Source: Minisyncoccota bacterium
GTDB taxonomy: Bacteria > Patescibacteriota > Minisyncoccia > UBA6257 > GWB1-50-10
Direction: 5' to 3'
DNA: 32,000 nt
Assembly (NCBI GenBank): GCA_020059585.1
Contig: JAGVBU010000005.1
Location: forward strand, 1-32,000
Every line of letters starts with the position of its first letter. The first letter of the stretch is position 1. The position numbers were made by a program, and so were the translations under genes. Below the pieces are notes generated by a model, which searched no databases, was not told the DNA's origin, and saw only the letters and a program-made list of their open reading frames with translations. Of this stretch, positions 16,447 through 23,969 are shown one piece after another.

Positions 16447-17673
16447 ATGAATTTTTGGAATAAAAAAACCGCATTCGGATACACGCTCGCCGCGATTATT
16501 CTTGTGGGAGGTGTTTCTTTCTTTGCTGGAATCTATCATGGAACATCGAAAAATATCGAGGCTCTTCCTGTGGCAAAAGCTCAGACGCAAAATCTTCCTA
16601 ATGCCGATTTTTCGCTTTTCTGGGATGCAATCGCGGTGATTAAGGAAAAATATTTTGACGCGAACACGGTCACGGACGAACAGCTTCTTTATGGAGCGAT
16701 ACGAGGAGCATTTGAATCTCTTGATGATCCGTATTCGGGATTTTTCGAACCGAGTGACGCGAAAAAATTCCATGAAGACCTGAGTGGAAGTTTCGGCGGT
16801 ATAGGAGCAGAAATAGGACTTCGGGACGGACAGATCGTCATCGTTGCGCCCCTGAAAAACACTCCTGCGGAGAAAGCGGGAGTTATGGCGGGAGACAAAA
16901 TACTCGAAGTGAACGGAAGTTCAACCGCGGGACTTATTGTCGAGGAAGCGGTGAAGATGATCCGCGGGGAACCCGAAACCGTAGTAACGCTCCTTATGAT
17001 GAGAGAGGGGTGGAGTGAGGCGCGCGAAATTCCCATAGAACGCGCGATAATCACGGTTCCTACGCTTGAGTGGGAAATGAAAAAAGGAAATATTGCGTAC
17101 GTGAAACTCAACAATTTCAACGCAAATGTTCCCGAGCTTTTCTATCAGATGGCTCTCCCGATGCTCATGCAAAAACCGAATGGAATCATACTCGACCTGA
17201 GAAATAATCCCGGAGGATTCCTTGACGTATCCGTGCGCATCGCGGGATGGTTCCTCGATCGGGGAGATATCGTGGTGCGGGAACGCTTCAATACGGAGGA
17301 AGAGGACAGATTCTACGCAAACGGAAACGCATCGCTCGCGTACGTCCCTCTTGTTGTTCTTGTAAACGAGGGTTCGGCATCCGCATCCGAAATACTCGCC
17401 GGCGCTCTTCGGGACCATAGGGGAGTAATGCTTGTGGGAGAAAAGACATTCGGAAAGGGAACTGTTCAGGAGGTGAAGGACATGAGAAACGGATCATCGG
17501 TCAAAATTTCGATTGCGGAATGGCTGACACCGAACGGAAATTCCATAAACAAGAAGGGACTCGAACCTGATTATGAGGTAAAAATGACAGAGGAGGATAT
17601 AAAGGAAAAGAGGGATCCGCAGCTCGAAAAAGCAATTGAAGTCATGAAAGAGGAAATTAATCTTCATTTTTAG
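16447..17673 (+). CDS. ctpA: S41 family C-terminal processing peptidase with PDZ domain
   Basis: N-terminal TM, PDZ region (GGIGAEIGL...AGVMAGDKILEVNG), and catalytic NEGSASASEILAGAL and GEKTFGKGTVQ motifs. ATG 16447 is preferred over the TTG at 16399. Confidence 0.9.
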   Translation: MNFWNKKTAFGYTLAAIILVGGVSFFAGIYHGTSKNIEALPVAKAQTQNLPNADFSLFWDAIAVIKEKYFDANTVTDEQLLYGAIRGAFESLDDPYSGFFEPSDAKKFHEDLSGSFGGIGAEIGLRDGQIVIVAPLKNTPAEKAGVMAGDKILEVNGSSTAGLIVEEAVKMIRGEPETVVTLLMMREGWSEAREIPIERAIITVPTLEWEMKKGNIAYVKLNNFNANVPELFYQMALPMLMQKPNGIILDLRNNPGGFLDVSVRIAGWFLDRGDIVVRERFNTEEEDRFYANGNASLAYVPLVVLVNEGSASASEILAGALRDHRGVMLVGEKTFGKGTVQEVKDMRNGSSVKISIAEWLTPNGNSINKKGLEPDYEVKMTEEDIKEKRDPQLEKAIEVMKEEINLHF

Positions 17674-17678
17674 GAATA

Positions 17679-18113
17679 ATGAAAGTTATCTTTCTGAAAG
17701 ACGTCAGGGGAGTGGGAAGGAAAAATGAATTGAAGGAGGTTCCAGACGGATACGCAAGGAACTTCCTCATTCCAAAGAATCTCGCAAAGCACGCGCTTGT
17801 TAAAGATGTGAATTCTCTCGCGCAAAAAGAAAGCGACGCGGCCGCGCATAAAAAGAATTTGAAAGAAAAAGCGGAAGCAACGGCGGCGACAATAAAGGGA
17901 AAAACATTCACGTTCCGGATGCGAATAGGGGAAAAGGGAGCGCTCTTCGGCTCCATTGGAATTAATGACATAAGCGAGAAATTAAAAGACGCGGGATACG
18001 CAGGTACCCCCATCCTCGAAAAAAACATAAAAGAAACAGGCACGAAAGAAATTACCATTGATTGCGGAGAGGGAGTGCGCTCAAAAATATTTATAGAAAT
18101 ACTTCCCGAATAA
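17679..18113 (+). CDS. rplI: 50S ribosomal protein L9
   Basis: MKVIFLKDVRGVGRKNELKEVPDGYARNFLIPKNLA. Confidence 0.95.
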   Translation: MKVIFLKDVRGVGRKNELKEVPDGYARNFLIPKNLAKHALVKDVNSLAQKESDAAAHKKNLKEKAEATAATIKGKTFTFRMRIGEKGALFGSIGINDISEKLKDAGYAGTPILEKNIKETGTKEITIDCGEGVRSKIFIEILPE

Positions 18114-18143
18114 AAATCCCGCCAGTCTAATAGACTGGCGGGA
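18112..18143. terminator. Strong hairpin between convergent rplI and rpmA
   Basis: Stem tcccgccagtc (18117-18127) / gactggcggga (18133-18143). A T-run (read from aaaaa at 18112-18116) follows on the minus strand only. Confidence 0.6.
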
Positions 18144-18155
18144 CTATGTAGGTAT

Positions 18156-18431
18156 TTATACGATCACACTCACCACTTTCACCATCCGTTTCGTTCCGTC
18201 ATATTTCACTTTCTTCTTCGTCGCGAATTTCACAAGCCCCTTCTTTGAAGCGTAAAGGGTGTCATCGCCTCCGCGCCGGACATTTATTCCGGGGTAGTAT
18301 TTCGTTCCGCGCTGACGGATGATCACTTCTCCCGCGCCCACGGCCTGCCCGTCACCGCGCTTTACGCCAAGGCGTTTTGATTCGGATTCTCTTCCTAATT
18401 TAGTAGAGCCTTTGGCTTTTGTATGTGCCAT
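18156..18431 (-). CDS. rpmA: 50S ribosomal protein L27
   Basis: [48 protein letters not shown]. Confidence 0.95.
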   Translation of the reverse strand: MAHTKAKGSTKLGRESESKRLGVKRGDGQAVGAGEVIIRQRGTKYYPGINVRRGGDDTLYASKKGLVKFATKKKVKYDGTKRMVKVVSVIV

Positions 18432-18497
18432 ATCAGATTAATATAATAACTAAACCTTACACGATATATCCCAACGACAATCGGGAATTCGTGTATA

Positions 18498-18701
18498 ATG
18501 ATAAAAAAAAGAGGGGGAAAAGTCAATTCCAAAGAAAACTCACCTATGGAAAATTTCTATAAAAAGAAGGAGGGGATTGTCGCAATGCTCACCGTCGCGC
18601 TTTTTCTTACTGCGGTATTTCTTACCGGATATTTCGTCGGAAAATCCGAAAATCGGATTCCCATCATAATAGAAAAGTGCAGCGAGACCGAAAAACCCTA
18701 A
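18498..18701 (+). CDS. Small hypothetical membrane protein (start uncertain; alternative ATG at 18546)
   Basis: One hydrophobic helix (IVAMLTVALFLTAVFLTGYFV). There is no clear SD, and the ATG at 18498 sits inside a TATAAT (18494-18499). Confidence 0.3.
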   Translation: MIKKRGGKVNSKENSPMENFYKKKEGIVAMLTVALFLTAVFLTGYFVGKSENRIPIIIEKCSETEKP

Positions 18702-19462
18702 AGATAACCGACCTCTTTTAATATCGATTCGTTTTCCCATTCCCAAAGCTTTTTTGCCCCAAGAAACGCACGATAATCGGGTTCCCATTCGGGAAACTCC
18801 TTAAGCTCGACAATACCCTCCGTCGGCCCCCATTCGTGCCGACAACGCCACATTTCCTTGTTCCCGAACTGTGTTTTCACCTGAGGACGCCCTCCTTTCG
18901 TGCGAAGCAGAGCGCCGCAACGCACGCATTTTTTTGCCTGATCGATGCGGAGAATCCAGCGGGTCTCAAGGTCGGGGATTATATCCTTCATTGCGGCAAC
19001 GTATGCCGAGGTCTGAAGATTATAATCTCTGTAAATCTCCTGAGACGTCTTTATGTCGAGAATCCCTTTTTTCCCGCCGATCGTGGCAATCGCGTCAAGA
19101 GTTCCCGCGTATCGCTCGCCACGATGCACAAGCCGCAATTCAACGAATTCCGGATGTACCTCAATGTTATTCTCTTTTTGAAAACGCAGAAACGCGTCTA
19201 CGGAAGGGGAGATGCGCGGATCAACTGTCGGGGTCTTTCCTACAAGGAAATCCTCAACCGCCTCGTGCACCATTGTTCCTTCTTCGGCGGAAAGTTTTTT
19301 CATCCGTTCTCCGGCCTCGAAATTCTCCATACGCGCGTAAAACCTATAGAGCGCGGGTTTTGCTTTGATCTCCACGATCTTCGTGACGCGGGGATACCAT
19401 GTGTCTTCAATGACGTATCCGTGACTTTCCAGAAAGTCCTCCTTGTTCTTGAAATCATTCAT
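18698..19462 (-). CDS. PD-(D/E)XK nuclease superfamily protein (Cas4/RecB-exonuclease-like core) with Cys-rich insertion
   Basis: GTLDAIATIGGKKGILDIKTSQEIYRDYNLQTSAY gives D...D-x-K...Q..Y. A CVRCGALLR...WRCRHEW insertion lies near the C-terminus. Confidence 0.6.
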   Translation of the reverse strand: MNDFKNKEDFLESHGYVIEDTWYPRVTKIVEIKAKPALYRFYARMENFEAGERMKKLSAEEGTMVHEAVEDFLVGKTPTVDPRISPSVDAFLRFQKENNIEVHPEFVELRLVHRGERYAGTLDAIATIGGKKGILDIKTSQEIYRDYNLQTSAYVAAMKDIIPDLETRWILRIDQAKKCVRCGALLRTKGGRPQVKTQFGNKEMWRCRHEWGPTEGIVELKEFPEWEPDYRAFLGAKKLWEWENESILKEVGYL

Positions 19463-19467
19463 AGAAA

Positions 19468-20898
19468 TTATTTTATTTTTTTGAGTATTTTTTTCGTTTC
19501 TTCGTTGATATTTCCCGCGCCCATCATGATAAGCACCGAATCGCGATAGGGGAGCTTCCCGTCTTTCCCTATATTCATGAGAAAAGGAAAAAACATGGAA
19601 AAATCCTCAAGATACGTAAGCTCTTTTATTTTCTTCCGCGCCGCGATACGCCCCGCGAGATTTTTCGCGGTATGCGCGCCCGCGGATGCTTCGCGTCCGG
19701 CAACGCGGTACACAGGGAAGAGGAAGAGCGCGTGAACGGAATCAAACGCCTTTATAAACTCCGGAAAAAGAATTGAGAGGCGTTTTTCCTGATGCGGCTG
19801 AAACGCGCATATGATATTTTTCTTTTTAAAGAATTCTCTCGCGCCCTTCAGTGTCGTCGCGATTTCCGTGGGATGATGCGCGTAGTCATCGTAGACATCA
19901 ATTGCGGATTTCTGAATTTTAATTTTCCCCTTGTATTCCATTCTGCGCCACACGCCGTGATACGCGCGAAATGCCCCAAGAATATCCTTCTCCTTAGCTC
20001 CAAGTATCCGCGCGAGAAGAAACGCCGCGTATGCGTTTGAAATCATATGCGTTCCGGAAACATGCGCCATCGCGCGCCGCACTTTTTCCGCGTCGCGATC
20101 ACGGAGAGAGTACCACACGATAGTGATATTTTTTCTTTCGCATATGGAAGCTATTTTCTTCGCGAGAGAGCGAAGGCGCGCGTTATCTTTATTCAGAATC
20201 AGGGATCCGCCCGGACGCATATTTTTCACGAACTCCAGAAATGCCCGTTGCACGTTTTCAAAGCGTTCATACCAATCGAGATGCTCGCGATCGATATTAG
20301 TGATAATGGCATGTTGAGGCGCGTAATTTAAAAACGAACCATGAAACTCATCCGCTTCAAGAACAAGAGAGCGATCACTTCCTTTGCGGAAATTCTTTCC
20401 TCCAAATTCCGAAAGAAGCGTGCCGACGATAACCGTTGGACTTTTTTTCGCGCGCACAAGCGCAAGAGAGAGGAGTGAGGAAGTGGTGCTTTTCCCGTGC
20501 GCGCCGGCGACGGCATACGTATCGTAATATCGGGTTAAAAATCCCACCGCCTCCGCGTAAGAGAGAAGGGGCGCCTTTTTTTTCTCCGCCTCGGCGCGCT
20601 CCTCGTTTTTCTCGGAAATCGCCTGATTATATATGAATAATCCCGTAGATCCCCCTATATGAGCCCTTTTCTGGCCTATTTTGACCCTTACGCCCTCCTT
20701 TTCAAGTGCTCTGGTGATATCACTCTCCACGACGTCGGACCCCGAAACAGCCCATTTTTGAGCGAGAAACCATCGCGCAAGCGCGCTCATGCCGATTCCT
20801 CCTATTCCTATAAAATAGACCGATTTTTCCTTTATCTCTGAAAACGGCGGCGATCCGGCGGGGAAAATATGGGAAGGGGTTGAATTCTTATGCGTCAT
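19468..20898 (-). CDS. murC: UDP-N-acetylmuramate--L-alanine ligase
   Basis: FIGIGGIGMSALARW, the GAHGKSTTSS P-loop and DDYAHHPTEI. Confidence 0.9.
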   Translation of the reverse strand: MTHKNSTPSHIFPAGSPPFSEIKEKSVYFIGIGGIGMSALARWFLAQKWAVSGSDVVESDITRALEKEGVRVKIGQKRAHIGGSTGLFIYNQAISEKNEERAEAEKKKAPLLSYAEAVGFLTRYYDTYAVAGAHGKSTTSSLLSLALVRAKKSPTVIVGTLLSEFGGKNFRKGSDRSLVLEADEFHGSFLNYAPQHAIITNIDREHLDWYERFENVQRAFLEFVKNMRPGGSLILNKDNARLRSLAKKIASICERKNITIVWYSLRDRDAEKVRRAMAHVSGTHMISNAYAAFLLARILGAKEKDILGAFRAYHGVWRRMEYKGKIKIQKSAIDVYDDYAHHPTEIATTLKGAREFFKKKNIICAFQPHQEKRLSILFPEFIKAFDSVHALFLFPVYRVAGREASAGAHTAKNLAGRIAARKKIKELTYLEDFSMFFPFLMNIGKDGKLPYRDSVLIMMGAGNINEETKKILKKIK

Positions 20899-20944
20899 AA
20901 TCTACATTATAAGCAGAAATTCACAACTTTAAAGGAGTGTCACA

Positions 20945-21370
20945 ATGAATGGATCACTGGATACCGTCACCGTCCCGACAATATTCGGAGAAAAAAAGGT
21001 TTTTCGAAGTTCCGAATTAGCGGAAGCATTTGAAAAAGGCAATTGCTGTGTACATAGAATGCCCAACGGAGACGTTAAAAAATGCGTGTTTTTCGAAAAC
21101 ATAGAAAAACATATCGGCGAGATACGGGCAGAACTTGGCGGAGACGAAGAAGTCATCGGAAGACAGCTCAGAATGGACGCCACGGCGCTTCTCAACAATT
21201 CCCTTGTCCATACACAGGGAAAAATGGGGGAGACGCTTAGACGTGGAAGATCGCTGTGCCCCGTAGCATTTCTTGCAATCGTAGTAAGAGCAAATACCGG
21301 AATGGATATTGCCGTGTTTCAATGCCCATTCGTATCGCAGAAAAAAATAAATTCCCGAAAAAGAAAGTAA
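20945..21370 (+). CDS. Hypothetical protein (141 aa, Cys-containing, no recognised domain)
   Basis: SD aaaggag lies 7 nt before the ATG at 20945, and a strong hairpin follows downstream. Competing antisense ORFs lack such signals. Confidence 0.5.
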   Translation: MNGSLDTVTVPTIFGEKKVFRSSELAEAFEKGNCCVHRMPNGDVKKCVFFENIEKHIGEIRAELGGDEEVIGRQLRMDATALLNNSLVHTQGKMGETLRRGRSLCPVAFLAIVVRANTGMDIAVFQCPFVSQKKINSRKRK

Positions 21371-21386
21371 GGAATAAGAGTATCAA

Positions 21387-21424
21387 AAGACCGGCAGAGG
21401 AGTGTCCTCTCGCCGGTCTTATTT
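21387..21424. terminator. Long hairpin after the 141-aa ORF
   Basis: Outer stem aagaccggc (21387-21395) / gccggtctt (21412-21420), inner stem agagg/cctct. It is followed by attt on the plus strand and by tttt on the minus strand. Confidence 0.55.
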
Positions 21425-21433
21425 ACATTCTTA

Positions 21434-21643
21434 TCTGTCGCACAATATATGTTTTGCGACACTTTAATATAAAGTGGCGTAAAACATAGTCACGATTGTG
21501 CGTACAAGAAGGTCTCTGTCGCACAATCGCTCTTTACGACAGTTTATACTGTCGTAAACGGTATTGGCTACTTGTGCGACGCAAACGTTTTTGTGTACGC
21601 ACAAGTAGCCTTTGCGACACTTTAATATAAAGTGGCGTAAAAC
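21434..21643 (+). repeat. Three tandem, diverged copies (~79-nt period) of a two-hairpin module; candidate ncRNA locus
   Basis: A perfect 33-nt direct repeat tttgcgacactttaatataaagtggcgtaaaac occurs at 21453-21485 and 21611-21643. A diverged middle copy tttacgacagtttatactgtcgtaaac lies at about 21533-21559. These alternate with hairpins built on tgtcgcacaa/ttgtgcgaca (21435-21460, 21495-21527, 21566-21610). A possible promoter is TTTACA (21422-21427), N18, TATATG (21446-21451). Confidence 0.5.
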
Positions 21644-21650
21644 TCGAAAT

Positions 21651-21681
21651 AAAAATCCGGGGGTTTCCCGGATGGATTTTT
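21651..21681. terminator. Bidirectional terminator
   Basis: Stem atccggg (21655-21661) / cccggat (21667-21673). The T-run ttttt (21677-21681) follows on the plus strand and ttttatttcg on the minus strand. Confidence 0.65.
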
Positions 21682-21685
21682 GAAA

Positions 21686-22132
21686 TCATTTTATCTTCTG
21701 AGCATAATACTCAATCGCCCTTGCGACGGGTTCCCACTTCCCATCCCAATAATATACGACAAGCCACAAAACTGACTCCCGCGGGGTCATATTCACGAAA
21801 ATTTCATGAAATTTCTCATGATCTCGCTTGTCGACGGGCACCAGTATAATTTCGTCGCATTCAAGGACTCCTCGCTCAAACGTTCTCTTTACAAGGGCGT
21901 TTACGAGAAAAAACCATCGTCTGCCCCAGAATTTTTCAACAAGAAAAACAAGAACCTCAAAAGGATTTTTTGATCCGAAAAGTTTCCTGTATTTGATCAT
22001 CTGATCGTCTGCCACAAGATGGTTCAGCATTTTTCCAGCGATTCTGGACTGCGGAATCACATGATGCTGAGTTTTCTTTTGTAAGGACTGTTTTCTTTTC
22101 CCGTGCTCTTTTCTTCTGCCACGGCCGTTCAT
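21686..22132 (-). CDS. Small HNH-like (His-Me finger-like) protein, tentative
   Basis: 148 aa from ATG 22132 (aggagcgagcatatATG). HHVIPQSR, then ...YRKLFGSKNPFEV and later DHEKFHEIFVNMTPRESV, resembling the HH-x-x-P-x-SR ... H-x-x-x-H-x-x-F-x-N-x-TP-x-E small HNH family. Confidence 0.5.
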   Translation of the reverse strand: MNGRGRRKEHGKRKQSLQKKTQHHVIPQSRIAGKMLNHLVADDQMIKYRKLFGSKNPFEVLVFLVEKFWGRRWFFLVNALVKRTFERGVLECDEIILVPVDKRDHEKFHEIFVNMTPRESVLWLVVYYWDGKWEPVARAIEYYAQKIK

Positions 22133-22189
22133 ATATGCTCGCTCCTGTGTTATGTAAAAAAACAAGACGTTCTAAATACAATAGTATCT

Positions 22190-22225
22190 CCGGAAAAACA
22201 AAAAAACAATCACGTGGGATTGTTT
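22190..22225 (-). terminator. Rho-independent terminator ending the minus-strand cell-wall operon
   Basis: Stem aaacaatc (22204-22211) / gattgttt (22218-22225). The minus strand reads ttttttgttttt after the hairpin. Confidence 0.7.
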
Positions 22226-22249
22226 TCTTTTTGGTATGAGAAATGACTA

Positions 22250-22624
22250 TCAGGCCCCGAGCTCACTGAGTCCGCCTTTCAAAAGTCCGATTGTTAATTC
22301 AAGAATCCACATTATAAAATTTCCGATCGCGCCGATTATCTGCCCGAGACTGATGCCTATCGTCTCCCTCATCCATTCGTTCGCGGTATCCCATATCTCT
22401 TGTATTCCTCCCGCGTTTGATAATTTCTGAGCAACCACAGAATCGCCGAAAGAAATATTGTCGGAAATCTTTTCATTAATATTGTCAATGTTTATTCCCT
22501 TAAGAGATTCCACAAAGTCCCCTATTGGCTGCGGCACGGAGATCTCAGTCATCTCCGCGAATACCGCGCGCAAAGGAAAAAGAGTAAGTATTCCCGCAAT
22601 CGCGAAAAAAAGTATTGTGCGCAT
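22250..22624 (-). CDS. Small secreted/membrane protein of unknown function
   Basis: 124 aa. Signal-peptide-like MRTILFFAIAGILTLFPLRAVFA and a C-terminal hydrophobic segment IIGAIGNFIMWILELTIGLL. A TATAAT lies 7 nt before the ATG. Confidence 0.55.
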   Translation of the reverse strand: MRTILFFAIAGILTLFPLRAVFAEMTEISVPQPIGDFVESLKGINIDNINEKISDNISFGDSVVAQKLSNAGGIQEIWDTANEWMRETIGISLGQIIGAIGNFIMWILELTIGLLKGGLSELGA

Positions 22625-22643
22625 TAGTATTATTATATCACGT

Positions 22644-23960
22644 TTACTGTTGCAGAGAGACGGCCTTGAGTTCCTCGCGCACCACTTCCCTATCGTCCCA
22701 AGAAATTTTTCCGGAACTCACCATCATCGACTGTTCGGAACCCTTACCTCCAATGAATACGATATCACCTTTTTTCGAAAGACTAATCGCCTTTCGTATG
22801 GCGTTCCTGCGATCCAGCTCAAGAAAAAGATTCTTCCCTCGAATCTTCCCCTCGGATTCGCTTCCGCGCGCGATCTCTTCCATAATCTGTTCCGGATCAT
22901 CGTCATAAGGATCCTCATTCGCGATAACAACATATTCTCCGTAGCGCGCCGCGATCTGTCCCATGATCGGACGTTTCTCTTTATCGCGCCCGCCGCCCTG
23001 ACCGCCGGTAAGCACGATGCACCTTCCGTCTCCTTTTGTTTTTGTAAGCGAAGAAAGCGCGGCTTCAAGGCTTATCGCATCATGCGCGTAATCGACAAAA
23101 ACAGATATTCCAAGATTATTTTTAATCTCTTCCATCCTTCCCGGAACAAGCGTGAGTTGCCGAAGACCCTTTTGAATGGCGTCGTTGCGGATGCCGAGCG
23201 CCGACGCGCACGCAATTGCCGCAAGTCCGTTCGAGACATTAAAATCACCCCTTATTCCGAGCATATACCGTGACGGTCCCACGGAAAACTCAACGCGTCC
23301 TTCCGCGTCTTTCTGTATGTCTGTCGCCCGCATATCAGCGACGTTCTTCACGGCATATGTGATTTTCGCGTCGGCAGGATATTTGAGAAAGATGTCTTTC
23401 TCCTCAATATCCGCGTTCACGATCGCGGTCTTTGGAACTTTCTTTCCCTGAAAACGCTTATAAGGCTGTTTTTTGAGCGTTGCAAAAACCTTTTGATGCA
23501 TCTCCTTGCATCGTTCAAAACTCCAATTGTGAGTCTCAAGATATTCGGGATAGAGCGTTGTCATAACAGCCACATCATACGCGATGCCAACGGTACGCCA
23601 CTGTTCAACGCCCTCAGAAGGCGTTTCCACGATTGCAAAACGGCATCCCGCCGCGCGCATTTCCGAAAGCATGCGCTGCATCGCAAAACGTCCGGGCATG
23701 GTCATATGGAAAGGATTCATCTTCTCGCTCTTCCCAATGCGTATATTTGCCGTTCCCGTGAGCCCCGCGACATATCCCGCGGCATCAAGGCAGGACCATA
23801 TAAGATTCGCCACCGTCGTTTTTCCCCGCGTTCCAAGAACCCCTATCACCACCATATCTTTCGAAGGAAATCCAAAACGCAGCGCCGCGAGATACGCGAG
23901 AAAGAAATGATACGCGCGGAGAACGAACCTCGGAACAAATTTTTTGATTATGTGTTTCAT
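22644..23960 (-). CDS. Mur ligase family protein, MurE-type C-terminal motifs with a short N-terminus
   Basis: P-loop GVLGTRGKTT at about aa 41-50, LVPGRMEEI, VDYAHDAISLEAAL and GGQGGGRDKEKRPIMGQIA. Confidence 0.8.
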   Translation of the reverse strand: MKHIIKKFVPRFVLRAYHFFLAYLAALRFGFPSKDMVVIGVLGTRGKTTVANLIWSCLDAAGYVAGLTGTANIRIGKSEKMNPFHMTMPGRFAMQRMLSEMRAAGCRFAIVETPSEGVEQWRTVGIAYDVAVMTTLYPEYLETHNWSFERCKEMHQKVFATLKKQPYKRFQGKKVPKTAIVNADIEEKDIFLKYPADAKITYAVKNVADMRATDIQKDAEGRVEFSVGPSRYMLGIRGDFNVSNGLAAIACASALGIRNDAIQKGLRQLTLVPGRMEEIKNNLGISVFVDYAHDAISLEAALSSLTKTKGDGRCIVLTGGQGGGRDKEKRPIMGQIAARYGEYVVIANEDPYDDDPEQIMEEIARGSESEGKIRGKNLFLELDRRNAIRKAISLSKKGDIVFIGGKGSEQSMMVSSGKISWDDREVVREELKAVSLQQ

Positions 23961-23969
23961 ATATGAATG

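Noticed and set aside
21453-21643. 33-nt perfect direct repeats interpreted as a mini CRISPR array
   Set aside because: There are only two identical copies plus one strongly diverged copy. The 47-51-nt intervening segments are themselves hairpins sharing sequence motifs with the repeats, so they are not spacer-like. No cas genes or leader lie in the window.
22458-23273. 271-aa plus-strand ORF, and similar ORFs at 23493..23966, 18836..19549, 26095..26682, 6686..7201, 11025..11534, 12035..12547 and 13289..13735
   Set aside because: All lie antisense to genes with strong family motifs (Mur ligase, PD-(D/E)XK nuclease, gltX, hydrolase, rpoD, alaS). Their translations are Arg/Ser/Pro-rich, as expected for shadow ORFs in GC-moderate coding DNA.
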